Source of the DNA: Planctomycetales bacterium
GTDB lineage: Bacteria > 4484-113
Length of the DNA: 64,000 bases
Reading direction: 5' to 3'
Assembly: GCA_037441675.1 (NCBI GenBank)
Contig: JBBIRS010000010.1
Coordinates: forward strand, 1 to 64,000
The notes under the pieces are model-generated. The model ran no database searches and was not told the origin of the DNA. It was given only the letters and a program-made list of their open reading frames with translations. This document shows, one piece after another, positions 37,916 through 47,783 of the stretch (positions are counted from its first letter, which is position 1; every line of letters begins with the position of its first letter). The position numbers were made by a program, and so were the translations under genes.

Positions 37916-40096
37916 CTACGGAACTACTTCAATGGTAAAGTCTTGCATCGGTGTAGCGAAATCATGATCGGCTGGTGGAGCTGGTGGAGGCGCAGGGTAA
38001 TCCCTATAGAAGGAAACCTTTTCTGGCTGACCACCTTGTGTCCAAGAGAGTGCGTTTACGAAGCGAATTCTAGCAGTTCCTGGACTAACAGCCCTCAACT
38101 TAAAGTTGAAAATCTCACCACTAACAGGAGGCGAAAGATTGACATCAACCTTACCAGTGTTAAGTGCTGGGTCGTTCATCCATATTGCTTGAGAGCCTAG
38201 AGATGGTTGACCATTTACATAATAGGTTAAATCATCCCAATCCAGCTGGTCATACATACTCGGAGAAATTCCGACGGTAGCTGTTCCAAATGCTGCCCAA
38301 AGGCCATCCGCTTCATCAGCTGCGCCACCAATTGCGCCCATATTAAGCGTTTGCATTAAGTTAACCTGGAAGTGGTCTGTGAAGTCAATGAAAAGTCCTG
38401 CCACGTTGTTGAACTTCTGATTAAGGTTCCAAACAAAAACCATAATCTCCAAATCTTCACCTACTTTGACTTGGTCCTTATCGTAAACCATCCAAACGGA
38501 ATTGTTGACCGGCGCGGTTGCACCTTGCAGATTTACAAACTCAGAATCCGATGCGGAGAGGGAAAGTGGAGAATCATCAGTGACAATGCAATTTAATTGA
38601 GCGGGACTGACACTTAGTGAAAGGTTTCTGAGAGTTGCATTCTGTGTCCATTGATATGTAAATGGCACATTTGATGGGTTAATACGAACGGGTGACGCAA
38701 TCGGGCTAATGTTGAAAGCAAAACTCAGCTTGTCGTAATCGGGGTCGTTCGCCACCGCGGTAACATTTGTCCAAACGACCGTTAGTGTGACAGTTGGAGG
38801 ATTAGTTCCACTTGTCACGTTTATGGTGAAGGTTTCAGTGTCCGATGCCATCAAATCAGGGTTGGTCACTGTTAATGTCCCCTGATAAGTTCCAACCGTA
38901 TCAGTAAGAGTTACAGAGGGAGACCTTGCAGTTGTGGTAGATGGAGGAACGACAGCACCGTCAAAATCCCAGCTAAACTGCAAAGGTTCATCGCCCTCAA
39001 CAACAGCATTGAAAGTTACAAATTTCCCTCTTGCCCCACCCGGAGGGCTGATACTCACGATGTTAGGCGGATTACCTTGAATCCGAATATCAACGTAAAA
39101 TGTGAAATCCGTTGAGCCAAACATATTTTCCACGTGTACGGTTCCCTCATAATCATCCCCGGCATTACCTGTTAGGGTGACGCGTGGCCTTTCCGCATTC
39201 GGGTCATCCGCTGTTGCCCACTCTCCTCTAACTGGGTCGTTAAAAGTCCAACTCCAGTTTGTAAACGGTTCAGTCCCGCTCACATTCGCGCGAAATGTGT
39301 ACTGCTGATTTCTGAACCCTTCAGTTGGTGTAACGCTGGTTACTTGAGGCGGAGCAGTGGAGATTATCACTGGATCAGATTCAATGCCTCGTGTATGATT
39401 CGCATCAACTGGAACTACACGGAATCTGCGGTTTTCACCGATGTCGGAGATAGTAAATTCAAAGCTCGCCCAGCCCTGGTCCTTTCCCTGGGCTAAATTA
39501 AAATCAACCATCTCTATTGGAGTAGGGGAAAACTCGCCCGTTTCAGTTGCGCCCTCCACGTGATACCCTGCACAGCGAACAAAGAAGTTTAATGCCATTG
39601 GCTGTATATCTCGTAAGTCAACTACATTATCCCTATTCCCATCTATCACTTCGTCCAAATTGTCCGCATTCCTATGCTGAAAGTGCAGTGCCAGAGGTCT
39701 TACATCCTGTATGTCAACAACACCATCTTGATTGTAATCACCGATGTTCCGATATTCCCATCCCAGGGTGACCGACATTCCATCCTGAGATAAGACAGTT
39801 AGAGTAACTTTATTGGCGTCACCACTTGGGGGAGTTGAAGTTACTTTTGATTTACCAAGCTCTAATAGCTGATTCTTAAGTTCATCTTTAATCGTTTGAA
39901 AGAGACTTGCGTCAACATCTTTAGGTGGCAGAAGCTCATCAAGCTCCATAAGCGCTTTAGAAATGTCGGGATTCGGGAATTGAGATAATGATTGATTCAC
40001 GTGTGTTTTCTGTGCTCCACCACAGCTTAGAAGTGTAAGAAGCACTGCCTGAATCAGGACAAAACATAAAAATTTTCTTGGAAAATTACCATTCAT
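37916..40096 (-). CDS. Surface lipoprotein with dockerin-like EF-hand pair, two PKD/Ig domains and a C-terminal cohesin-like domain
   Basis: Lipobox LLSC. Ca-loops GDYNQDGVVDIQD and IDGNRDNVVDLRD. PKD motifs WSWTF and FSWDFDG..GTLTVTN. C-terminal VKVGEDLEI..SGEIFNFKLRAVSPGTARIRF. Confidence 0.8.
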   Translation of the reverse strand: MNGNFPRKFLCFVLIQAVLLTLLSCGGAQKTHVNQSLSQFPNPDISKALMELDELLPPKDVDASLFQTIKDELKNQLLELGKSKVTSTPPSGDANKVTLTVLSQDGMSVTLGWEYRNIGDYNQDGVVDIQDVRPLALHFQHRNADNLDEVIDGNRDNVVDLRDIQPMALNFFVRCAGYHVEGATETGEFSPTPIEMVDFNLAQGKDQGWASFEFTISDIGENRRFRVVPVDANHTRGIESDPVIISTAPPQVTSVTPTEGFRNQQYTFRANVSGTEPFTNWSWTFNDPVRGEWATADDPNAERPRVTLTGNAGDDYEGTVHVENMFGSTDFTFYVDIRIQGNPPNIVSISPPGGARGKFVTFNAVVEGDEPLQFSWDFDGAVVPPSTTTARSPSVTLTDTVGTYQGTLTVTNPDLMASDTETFTINVTSGTNPPTVTLTVVWTNVTAVANDPDYDKLSFAFNISPIASPVRINPSNVPFTYQWTQNATLRNLSLSVSPAQLNCIVTDDSPLSLSASDSEFVNLQGATAPVNNSVWMVYDKDQVKVGEDLEIMVFVWNLNQKFNNVAGLFIDFTDHFQVNLMQTLNMGAIGGAADEADGLWAAFGTATVGISPSMYDQLDWDDLTYYVNGQPSLGSQAIWMNDPALNTGKVDVNLSPPVSGEIFNFKLRAVSPGTARIRFVNALSWTQGGQPEKVSFYRDYPAPPPAPPADHDFATPMQDFTIEVVP

Positions 40097-40143
40097 AAAT
40101 AATTCCCTCGCTTCAAGTAAGTTTATAAAATAAGCCCACTAAT

Positions 40144-40166
40144 AAAAAAGCGCAATCCTATGCGCT
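40144..40166 (-). terminator. Putative intrinsic terminator between tRNA-Leu and the lipoprotein gene
   Basis: Minus strand reads AGCGCA-TAGGAT-TGCGC-TTTTTT. Confidence 0.55.
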
Positions 40167-40319
40167 GTCTGGTTCCCCACCATATTTTACCTCAAAATGA
40201 TTTTTAAATCACAAATCAATCTGAAGAATACTTTCACTAGCGACAGATGAATTCTGTGCCAGCGGGTTTCTCAGTGTATCCATCAATAAATCTATCAATA
40301 AATTGAAGAAAACAACTAC

Positions 40320-40405
40320 TGCGGAAGGGGAGACTCGAACTCCCACGCGGAGTTACCCGCACTAGGCCCTCAACCTAGCGTGTCTGCCAATTCCACCACT
40401 TCCGC
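40320..40405 (-). tRNA. tRNA-Leu(GAG)
   Basis: Minus strand GCGGAAG TGGTGGAATTGGCAGACAC GCTAGG TT-GAG-GG CCTAG, long variable arm, GGGAGTTCGAGTCTCCC CTTCCGC A. CCA is not encoded. Confidence 0.96.
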
Positions 40406-40561
40406 GCAAGCGGACAGTAAGCCTTGAAGTCTCCTCAGTATAAATTTACCATAACCAATTGATGTGTCAACTAATAAGTTCCAACAAAGGTGAAGAGCTG
40501 AGCTTTCATCATATCCTTAGAAGCAAATCCTAACTATTCCAAACAATGTAAAATCATAGGA

Positions 40562-41134
40562 ATGGCACTTCGCATCATCGCAGGAACCCTAAAGGGTCGT
40601 GAAGTCTGGACAGCCAAAGGCGCAAAGTTCAGACCATCAACGCAATTTCTCAGGCAAAGATTCTTCTCAATCATTGGTTTTGACCGCTTGAATGAGGCAA
40701 TATTCCTTGATGTATTTGCAGGAAGCGGGGTTGTTGGCTTCGAAGCTCTCTCTCGGGGAGCAAAGAAGGCTATATTCCTTGAAATAAATTACAAGAATTG
40801 CGAAATGATTAAACAGAATGCTGAGAGATTTGGAATGATAAATAAAGCTTTCGTTCTGAAGATGGATGCGACAAGGACTTTGGAGCGTATTTCTCAGGTT
40901 CTTAACCCAGACGAAACAATAGATATAGTTTTTATAGACCCTCCCTTCAATAAACCAATTGAAGTTCCATTTCTTGAGCGAGTCCTGGAATATTCATACT
41001 TCTTTTCTGAGGATTGCGCCTTTTATCTTGAAACTCGCTTTGCACCAAAGGCTATTCCAATGGGTTTCATCGTCACTGACCAAAGAAAAACAAGCAGTAG
41101 CATTCTCACCGCCTTGAGATTTTGCGAAGTGTAG
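40562..41134 (+). CDS. rsmD: 16S rRNA (guanine966-N2)-methyltransferase
   Basis: LRIIAG..KGR, RPS, LDVFAGSG..GFEALSRGA and FIDPPF. Confidence 0.9.
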   Translation: MALRIIAGTLKGREVWTAKGAKFRPSTQFLRQRFFSIIGFDRLNEAIFLDVFAGSGVVGFEALSRGAKKAIFLEINYKNCEMIKQNAERFGMINKAFVLKMDATRTLERISQVLNPDETIDIVFIDPPFNKPIEVPFLERVLEYSYFFSEDCAFYLETRFAPKAIPMGFIVTDQRKTSSSILTALRFCEV

Positions 41135-41348
41135 TTTCTTTTATCTCAAATTTTGATTGTCGGGATAGATCTCTCAGGTAATTTAGCATTAATCCGACTT
41201 CATTTTCTATGAGAGAGCTATTTCTCTAATTATGGGCAATTTATCATTCTCATAATCTTCAAATTTAAGCACCAAATCCAAAGGCTCTCCCACCCTTAAT
41301 ACTTAGCTGTAGCTTTTATTCTCCTTGTAGCGCATAAAATAAACTCAC

Positions 41349-43664
41349 TCACGCTCGCCCAATGACCTCAGCAAGCTTGATTAAGATAGTCCTTGCGTCA
41401 AAAGGTTTCTCAATGATTTCATCTAAATTTAGCGCCTTTATTTCCTGCATCCTTGCTGGTGGGGCAAATCCTGATGCTAAGATTATCCTCGCCTGCGGAT
41501 TGATTTTCCTAATTGCCCTGGCGGTAGCAATACCATCCATTACAGGCATTGCCACATCCGTAATGATTGCGGATATTGCAGAGCCATGGGCACGAAATAG
41601 AGTTATAGCTGATGCGCCGTCAGTTGCGGTAAAGACTTTGTATCCGTATGCCTCTAATGTAAGCCGTGTCATTTCAAGAATTGAGCTTTCATCATCCACA
41701 ACAAGAATAGTTTCTCCGTTACCTCTAGGTAGTTCATTCCACCTTCTATATTCCTCATCTGCTTCAGGGAGTTCCTTAGCCGGTAGATAAACCCGTATTC
41801 TAGTTCCTGCGTTAACTTCACTGTAAACATTAATAAATCCGCCATGACTTTTCACTATGGAGTAAGTGGTAGAAAGACCCAAGCCAGTTCCGTAACCAGG
41901 TTTCTTTGCAGAAAAGAATGGCTCAAATATTCTTTCAATGTCGCTAGGAGGAATACCACATCCCGTATCTGAAACAGAAATAACAACGTAAGGTCCAACT
42001 TTGGCATGAATGTGTGATTTTACATACACCTCATCTAAGTAGATGTTTTCAGCAGTCAAATTCAGCTCGCCTCCATCAGGCATAGCATCCTTAGAATTCA
42101 CGCAAAGGTTCATTAACACCTGCCAAATTTTAGTTCGGTTACAAATCACGGGCCAAAAATCTTTGGCGCAATTAACACTTACGTTTATTGATTTTGGAAA
42201 TGTCTCCATCAGCATCTTCCCTATCTCTTCTAATAAATTACGAAGTTGAACAGAGGCACGCTCACCCATATCACCGCGTCCAAACGCAAGAATTTGCTTT
42301 ATCAAATGTGCCCCACGATTTACGCTATCCTCAACTATCGCTAGCATTCGACTGGCATCATCTTCCGATATTTTGTTCTTAAGAAATTCTACCGCTAATA
42401 GAATTGGAGCCAGGACATTGTTTAGGTCATGAGCAATACCACTTGCGAGTGTGCCTAGACTTTCCAGTCGCTGAGCACTGAGAAGCTGAGCTTCAAGCTT
42501 CTTCATTTCTGTTATATCGGAGTTCACGATGAAAATAGCCTTTGGATTTCCCTCTTCGTCACGCAGAAGCGTTCTTTTACTTTGTAAAATTATTTCTTCG
42601 CCATCTTTATTTTTCTGGCGAAGTTCTCCCCTCCAATAACCGTTCTTCAACAGAGCTTCGGTAATCTCATCCGACTGTGGATCATAAAGTATTTCTTTGA
42701 CAGTTTTCCCTATCGCTTCGTCCTTTGTCCAGCCATAAATCTTTTCCGCACCCTTATTCATATAGAGAATGAGACCCTCAATATCTCTAATCAATATCGC
42801 ATCGTTTGCAATATCTAGAAGGGCAGCACGTTCCCGGGCTTCTTCCTCTGCCTGCATGCGGTTGAAGAGTAAGCCTAATTCCCTGGCTACTGAGGACATA
42901 AGTTCAATAAGCTTTTCATCTTCCTCTTTCACATCGCGGACAAAAAAATCGAGAACAGCAACAACATCTTCTCCCGCCATAACAGGAATACCAATACAAG
43001 ATTTGAGATCAGCTAACTTCGCTTGAGGCGCGCGAATAAAAGCCATATCCTGAGTAACGTCTATGACCCACTCAGGCTTTCGTGACTGCCAGACTTTACC
43101 AGGCACACCAACGCCAGGAGGAAAGGTGAACTTCCTACTCTCTTCAGCGAACCTCAACAAGTCCGCATCTTCAATATGCCAGGTAAAAGCGCAAGTCATA
43201 ACAGATGCATCTATAGAAGGTACCCACACCTCGCCGAAAATCCAGCCTGTTTCCTCACAGACGCGCTGAATCACAATGCTCAGAGCAGACTGAAAATCCT
43301 CTGAGACGCCAATTTCCATAGCCATCTTTTGAAGGAAAGTAATTCTTCTTTCTGCGAGTCTACGCTCCTCGCGCGTGCGAATAGTGCTTATACCATAGGA
43401 AATATCATTAGTTAGCTCATTAAGGAGTTCAAGTTCTTCATCATCAAAAGCATCAGCTTCTTTTGCACAGACGATTAACGCACCAAGTACTTTTCCGTTA
43501 ATAAAAAGAGGAAAAACAGCGGATGAGATGTATCCTTGCTCAAGCGCTTTCTCACGCCAGGGGGTGAAATACTCATCGGCAAGAATATTTCTGACGTAAA
43601 CTGGCTTGCCAGTCCTTATTGCTTCTTCGGTGGGGCTACGTCCATCTCCGGAGCCAGCCCACAT
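41349..43664 (-). CDS. Hybrid sensor histidine kinase, C-terminal part (GAF-GAF-PAS-HisKA-HATPase-REC)
   Basis: H-box AHDLNN, N-box NLCVNSKDAM, DTGCG, GTGLGL, and receiver VVDDE..TDVAMP..KPF. The N-terminus is cut off by an upstream frameshift. Confidence 0.9.
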   Translation of the reverse strand: MWAGSGDGRSPTEEAIRTGKPVYVRNILADEYFTPWREKALEQGYISSAVFPLFINGKVLGALIVCAKEADAFDDEELELLNELTNDISYGISTIRTREERRLAERRITFLQKMAMEIGVSEDFQSALSIVIQRVCEETGWIFGEVWVPSIDASVMTCAFTWHIEDADLLRFAEESRKFTFPPGVGVPGKVWQSRKPEWVIDVTQDMAFIRAPQAKLADLKSCIGIPVMAGEDVVAVLDFFVRDVKEEDEKLIELMSSVARELGLLFNRMQAEEEARERAALLDIANDAILIRDIEGLILYMNKGAEKIYGWTKDEAIGKTVKEILYDPQSDEITEALLKNGYWRGELRQKNKDGEEIILQSKRTLLRDEEGNPKAIFIVNSDITEMKKLEAQLLSAQRLESLGTLASGIAHDLNNVLAPILLAVEFLKNKISEDDASRMLAIVEDSVNRGAHLIKQILAFGRGDMGERASVQLRNLLEEIGKMLMETFPKSINVSVNCAKDFWPVICNRTKIWQVLMNLCVNSKDAMPDGGELNLTAENIYLDEVYVKSHIHAKVGPYVVISVSDTGCGIPPSDIERIFEPFFSAKKPGYGTGLGLSTTYSIVKSHGGFINVYSEVNAGTRIRVYLPAKELPEADEEYRRWNELPRGNGETILVVDDESSILEMTRLTLEAYGYKVFTATDGASAITLFRAHGSAISAIITDVAMPVMDGIATARAIRKINPQARIILASGFAPPARMQEIKALNLDEIIEKPFDARTILIKLAEVIGRA

Positions 43665-44659
43665 GAAATAGAAGTTCTCAGAGTTTCTTTTTCAAATCCC
43701 GCCTGCGCAACGGGGATAACCGACTTTTCCTTATCATCTTGCGCGTATCCTACCCAAACTAAGCTGTATCCGCCAACATTTGCCATAATTTTGCAGACAT
43801 CACTTAACAGCTCCGTTTCCTCCTCTGCCCTTATAACCACTTGATTGCACTCACTAAGAGTTTTCAGAGCTCTAATGACTTTGCGAAGCTGTTTCTCAGC
43901 CCTCCTAATCCCCTCGATGCCTCGCAAGTAATCACTTAATATAAACGCCAATGCAAGAGTGCATGCGGAAATCCTAAGGACATGCCAGAACCACCAAGTG
44001 CCATTTCATAAGGTTGAAACGGGAAATAAAATCCCCGCAACTCCAAAAAGGACAAACATATAGGCCAATAGATTCGAACCGAGGATTCTGTTGGAAATAA
44101 AGAGTAAATTAATAGCGACTAGTAGAAAGAGCATTCCGGCGAAGAAATTCATAGCTATCGCTGTTGTCGTGAATGTGCCGTCCACTACCATTATCGGAAA
44201 CCAATCCCTGCGTGCTATGACCAAAAGTCCAAGTATGACTGAGAGACTTGCAACTAGAAATAAAAGCAATCGCTTTGAGAACTGATTTACGATAAGGGAA
44301 GCTCTAGGAAACCAGACAAAAGCAAATAGCACACTACCGAAAAAACTCGCAGAACTGTGTAGAAGTACAAAACCGTGGCCTGGGCGAGAAATCGCGTGAA
44401 AACCATCCAGTATCCCTATTACAAGGAAGCCTAAGGAAAAGAGGTACAATCGGGCATCGCTTTTTTCATTGGCTAAAACCACCAAAAAAATGCCCAAAAG
44501 AATGGCAACAGCAGAACCAACCGCCTCTAGTGTTGAATGCAGAGGTTCATTTATCAATCGCCAGTCTTGCCCAAGTAGGGTTCTTAATCCCAAGAAGATG
44601 AGGAGAACTAGAATTAGAAGGAAAATGAGCCACAAAATCGCTTTTCGTTGGGATGTCAT
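43616..44659 (-). pseudogene. Disrupted N-terminal part (multi-TM sensor + start of GAF) of the hybrid kinase
   Basis: An in-frame TGA at 44006-44008 joins ORFs 44006-44659 and 43616-43951 in one frame (STL*NGTWWFWHVLR). A 1-nt frameshift at 43662-43691 then joins the 41349-43664 ORF. Confidence 0.8.
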
Positions 44660-45048
44660 TTTCGTTACCTGAGAAGCCAGAAGTCACCAAAGTATAAAAT
44701 GACCCACCCGATCCCTTTTGCGTTAGATGCGTTTCTTGAAGCCGATTTTAGGTCAATGCCAAAAGTAAAAATACTTTTGCCCATATTCCATCAGCTCAGC
44801 TTACCTATGAACGCTAACTAAAATAAGATTAGAGTGAATAGAATATGGTTTTTATATACCCTCCTCTAAGCACACTAATTCGCTATAAATTATACAATAT
44901 TCTATAACTTCAATCAAAGAAGCGATGAATATTCTTGCTCTTGCCGAGAGTATGTGAATTTTTACCAACAAAACTGGATGGACTTCTCATTTGCGTTTGA
45001 ATATGTAAAATATACTATGTCCTTATTACAGTAAAGACTTAATACCAA

Positions 45049-45057
45049 TGGTATAAT
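45049..45057 (+). promoter_or_regulatory. Extended -10 (TGnTATAAT) 7 nt before ATG, possibly a leaderless transcript
   Basis: TGGTATAAT-TAAAGCG-ATG with no Shine-Dalgarno sequence. Confidence 0.55.
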
Positions 45058-45064
45058 TAAAGCG

Positions 45065-45589
45065 ATGGGATTATCACCTGTAACTCTTTATGATGTTAGG
45101 TATGACCAAAATAACCGCAGTCCGATTTTGTTCCTAAAGGATATGCGCAATGAACGCTATCTACCGGTTTGGATTGGCGAGGCAGAAGCGTTATCCATTG
45201 AATTAGCTTTTCGAGGAGAAGTTCCTCCACGTCCCCTTACCCATGACTTACTCAAAAACATTTTCGGAAGTTGTGGTATTCAAGTAATCGCAGTAGTTAT
45301 TGATAGGCTAGTGGGTTCTACCTATTACGCTAGTCTTCAGCTCAAAATGAACGATCGCCTAATTGAGGTTGACTGCAGGCCAAGCGATGGTGTTGCGGTA
45401 GCATTGAGAGAAGGAGCTCAAATTCTCGTCTCTGAAGAATTGATGTACCATATCAGATTTGTGGAAATGGAGCCCGAGGAAATTCAGGCTGATGCTCTTG
45501 AACCAGAACAAGCTCCTCCTGATATCGGCTCATCTGATTTTAAAGAACTGCTCTCTAGGCTTAAACCGATAGATTTTGAAAGAAGCTAG
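45065..45589 (+). CDS. Bifunctional nuclease family protein (DUF151)
   Basis: LPVWIGEAEA, RPLTHDL and DCRPSD motifs. Confidence 0.9.
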   Translation: MGLSPVTLYDVRYDQNNRSPILFLKDMRNERYLPVWIGEAEALSIELAFRGEVPPRPLTHDLLKNIFGSCGIQVIAVVIDRLVGSTYYASLQLKMNDRLIEVDCRPSDGVAVALREGAQILVSEELMYHIRFVEMEPEEIQADALEPEQAPPDIGSSDFKELLSRLKPIDFERS

Positions 45590-46366
45590 CTAGAAGCTAA
45601 CTAAAAGCGCATCCCTTGGGTAAACAACATTAGTAAGAGTTAATCCATTGGGTGGCATTTGAGGAAATGCCCTTTTCGGTTTTTTACCTTGAAGAGCATC
45701 TTTAATCTCGCAAACACTAATTTCTCCCCTTCCCACTGCCACTAACGCTCCAACAATTACACATGCCATTTTTCTGAGGAAGCGATTCGCTGAAAGCTTC
45801 ACAAATATATTTCGCCCCCGTTTTATTATGTTTAACCTATACAATTCGCATATTGGGTCCTTTGTTTCACTAGCACCAACTGCAAAGGGAGTAAAGTCTC
45901 TTTTACCCTTAAAAAGAGTGGCTGCAAACCGCATTGTATCAAGGTCTAGCTCGTCAGAAATTCTAACCGCGTATCGAATAAGAAAAATTTCATCTCGTTT
46001 CCCCAAATAGATCCGATAAACATAGTCCCTCCGAATTGCAAGAAATCTTGGATGGAAACCAATATTAACGAACCTGCCAGAAACCACCCGCAAGTCCAAC
46101 GGAAGGCGAGCATTTAATATTTCAGGAAGTTTACTTGGTTCAATCAGTGGGCTTTTAATCCTAAAGCTACAAACATTGTGCGTTGCATGAACACCTCTGT
46201 CTGTTCTACTGGCAAAAAGTAGCCGAACTTTTTCTCCTAAAAGTTCTCTTAAAGCTTCAGTTAATACACCTTGAACTGTTCTCTTGCCAGGCTGGATCTG
46301 CGAGCCGTAAAAGTCCGTTCCATCATACTGCACTATCAATAAAACGCTTTGGTGGGGTAAATTCAA
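45590..46366 (-). CDS. truA: tRNA pseudouridine(38-40) synthase
   Basis: YDGTDFYGSQ, SRTDRGVHA and FLRKM. Follows rplQ. Confidence 0.93.
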   Translation of the reverse strand: MNLPHQSVLLIVQYDGTDFYGSQIQPGKRTVQGVLTEALRELLGEKVRLLFASRTDRGVHATHNVCSFRIKSPLIEPSKLPEILNARLPLDLRVVSGRFVNIGFHPRFLAIRRDYVYRIYLGKRDEIFLIRYAVRISDELDLDTMRFAATLFKGKRDFTPFAVGASETKDPICELYRLNIIKRGRNIFVKLSANRFLRKMACVIVGALVAVGRGEISVCEIKDALQGKKPKRAFPQMPPNGLTLTNVVYPRDALLVSF

Positions 46367-46383
46367 CTTAGATGAACTTCCAC

Positions 46384-46773
46384 TTATTCTTTCTCAGTGA
46401 ATCTACCTTGAAATTTAGGATGAGTTGGAATGAATAGACGGGCGACAACTGCACCATCTCCACGTCTCATCTTTACACGCACTATTTTAGTAAAGCCGCT
46501 GTTCACATTTGGCAGATTTGGAATAACATCTTTTCTCATTGCGTTAAAGGGATTCTTCCCGTTAACGTACTTGGCTATTCTTCTGAAGTCAGCAAGTGAA
46601 CCACGTTTTGCCCATGTAAGAATGCGCTCCAGAAGTGACTGTGCTGACTTCGCTCTCTGAATGGTAGTATCCACAAAACCCTCAAGAAGTACGGTTGATA
46701 CCAAGTTACGAAGTAACGCCATTCTTTGATCTGTCGGATGGCTGAGTTTGTCCACAGTCTTTTGGTGACGCAT
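46384..46773 (-). CDS. rplQ: 50S ribosomal protein L17
   Basis: MRHQK..R.ALLRNL, RRGDGA. Follows rpoA. Confidence 0.95.
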   Translation of the reverse strand: MRHQKTVDKLSHPTDQRMALLRNLVSTVLLEGFVDTTIQRAKSAQSLLERILTWAKRGSLADFRRIAKYVNGKNPFNAMRKDVIPNLPNVNSGFTKIVRVKMRRGDGAVVARLFIPTHPKFQGRFTEKE

Positions 46774-46776
46774 ACC

Positions 46777-47757
46777 TCAGTCCTCCTTCTCCGCAAGAAA
46801 AAGTCCAATCTCAGCCAGCTTGTCAACTATATCAACCAAGCTTTTCTCTCCAAAATTTTGGAGAGACATCAGTTGTTCCGGTGACCACTTTGTTAGTTCG
46901 CCAACGGTCTTGATTTTTGCAGCCCTCAAGCAGTTTTCAGCCCTTGCGGTAAGGCCTAACTCCTCAATTGGCATTGCCAGTTTTCTCTGAAGTTCCTCGT
47001 CAACCACAGGTTCAAGTTCAATTCCGAGAAGTCTCTGTTGTTCTTCAGTAACCCAGAAGTAATAAGAATTCAGCTGGGCTGACGCCTCAGTGATTACAAG
47101 GTCGGGACTTTTAGTTCCATTAGTCTGAACGGTAATAGTTAACCTTTCAAAATCTGTCTCTTTACCAACACGGGTATTTTCTACCAGAAAAGCCACTCTC
47201 ACTACTGGGGAGAAGTTTGCGTCAAGGGCGATTTCGCCGATTGGCGCATCTTTTCGCTTCAAATCCTGTGCCAGCACAAACCCTACACCCGACCTTACTG
47301 TGCATTCGAGCTCCAGTATCCTTTTCTTAGCGGTTATCGTGCAAAGATAGGTTTCGTTAGGGGAAAGGATTTCCACCTCAGGGTTCGGCTCAAAATCTGC
47401 AGCAGTAACTTGGCATTCACCCTGAACCTTTAGCCTCAAAGTGGCTTCCTTTACGTTTGGAACTAGTTTAACCTTAACCTTTCGCAAATTGAAAAGTAGT
47501 TCCGGAGTGTCCTCCACAATTCCATCAAGAGCAGCAAACTCATGAGGAACTCCCGCTATAGTAACATGGGTAATGGCATAACCTGAAATGGATGATAAAA
47601 GTACCCTTCTCAGAGAATTACCAAGCGTGGCACCAAATCCCCTAGGAAGAGGCTCCATGACATACTTCGTTGTTAGATTTGGCACTACTTCAATCCGCTC
47701 CATTCTGAGAAGATTAAAGTATGGATTAGCTTCCTTTATAATTTTGGTCTGAACCAT
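46777..47757 (-). CDS. rpoA: RNA polymerase alpha subunit
   Basis: EPLPRGFGATLGNSLRRVLLSS, and alpha-CTD RAENCL..NFGEKSL. Confidence 0.97.
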   Translation of the reverse strand: MVQTKIIKEANPYFNLLRMERIEVVPNLTTKYVMEPLPRGFGATLGNSLRRVLLSSISGYAITHVTIAGVPHEFAALDGIVEDTPELLFNLRKVKVKLVPNVKEATLRLKVQGECQVTAADFEPNPEVEILSPNETYLCTITAKKRILELECTVRSGVGFVLAQDLKRKDAPIGEIALDANFSPVVRVAFLVENTRVGKETDFERLTITVQTNGTKSPDLVITEASAQLNSYYFWVTEEQQRLLGIELEPVVDEELQRKLAMPIEELGLTARAENCLRAAKIKTVGELTKWSPEQLMSLQNFGEKSLVDIVDKLAEIGLFLAEKED

Positions 47758-47783
47758 AGAAGAACAACCCTCTTATGTTGCTA

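Noticed and set aside
37000..40405. Genomic island integrated at tRNA-Leu
   Set aside because: No integrase gene, and no duplicate of the tRNA 3' end was seen in the window.
44006..44008. In-frame TGA as a sign of genetic code 4/25 or selenocysteine
   Set aside because: Many intact genes here end in TGA (e.g. 28859, 33893), Trp is TGG elsewhere, the context suggests Trp rather than Cys, and the same gene has a second lesion.
44690..44790. GGGCAAA...ACGCAAAAG on the minus strand resembling a c-di-GMP-I riboswitch
   Set aside because: Spacing, the GNRA-capped P2 and the P3 receptor do not match.
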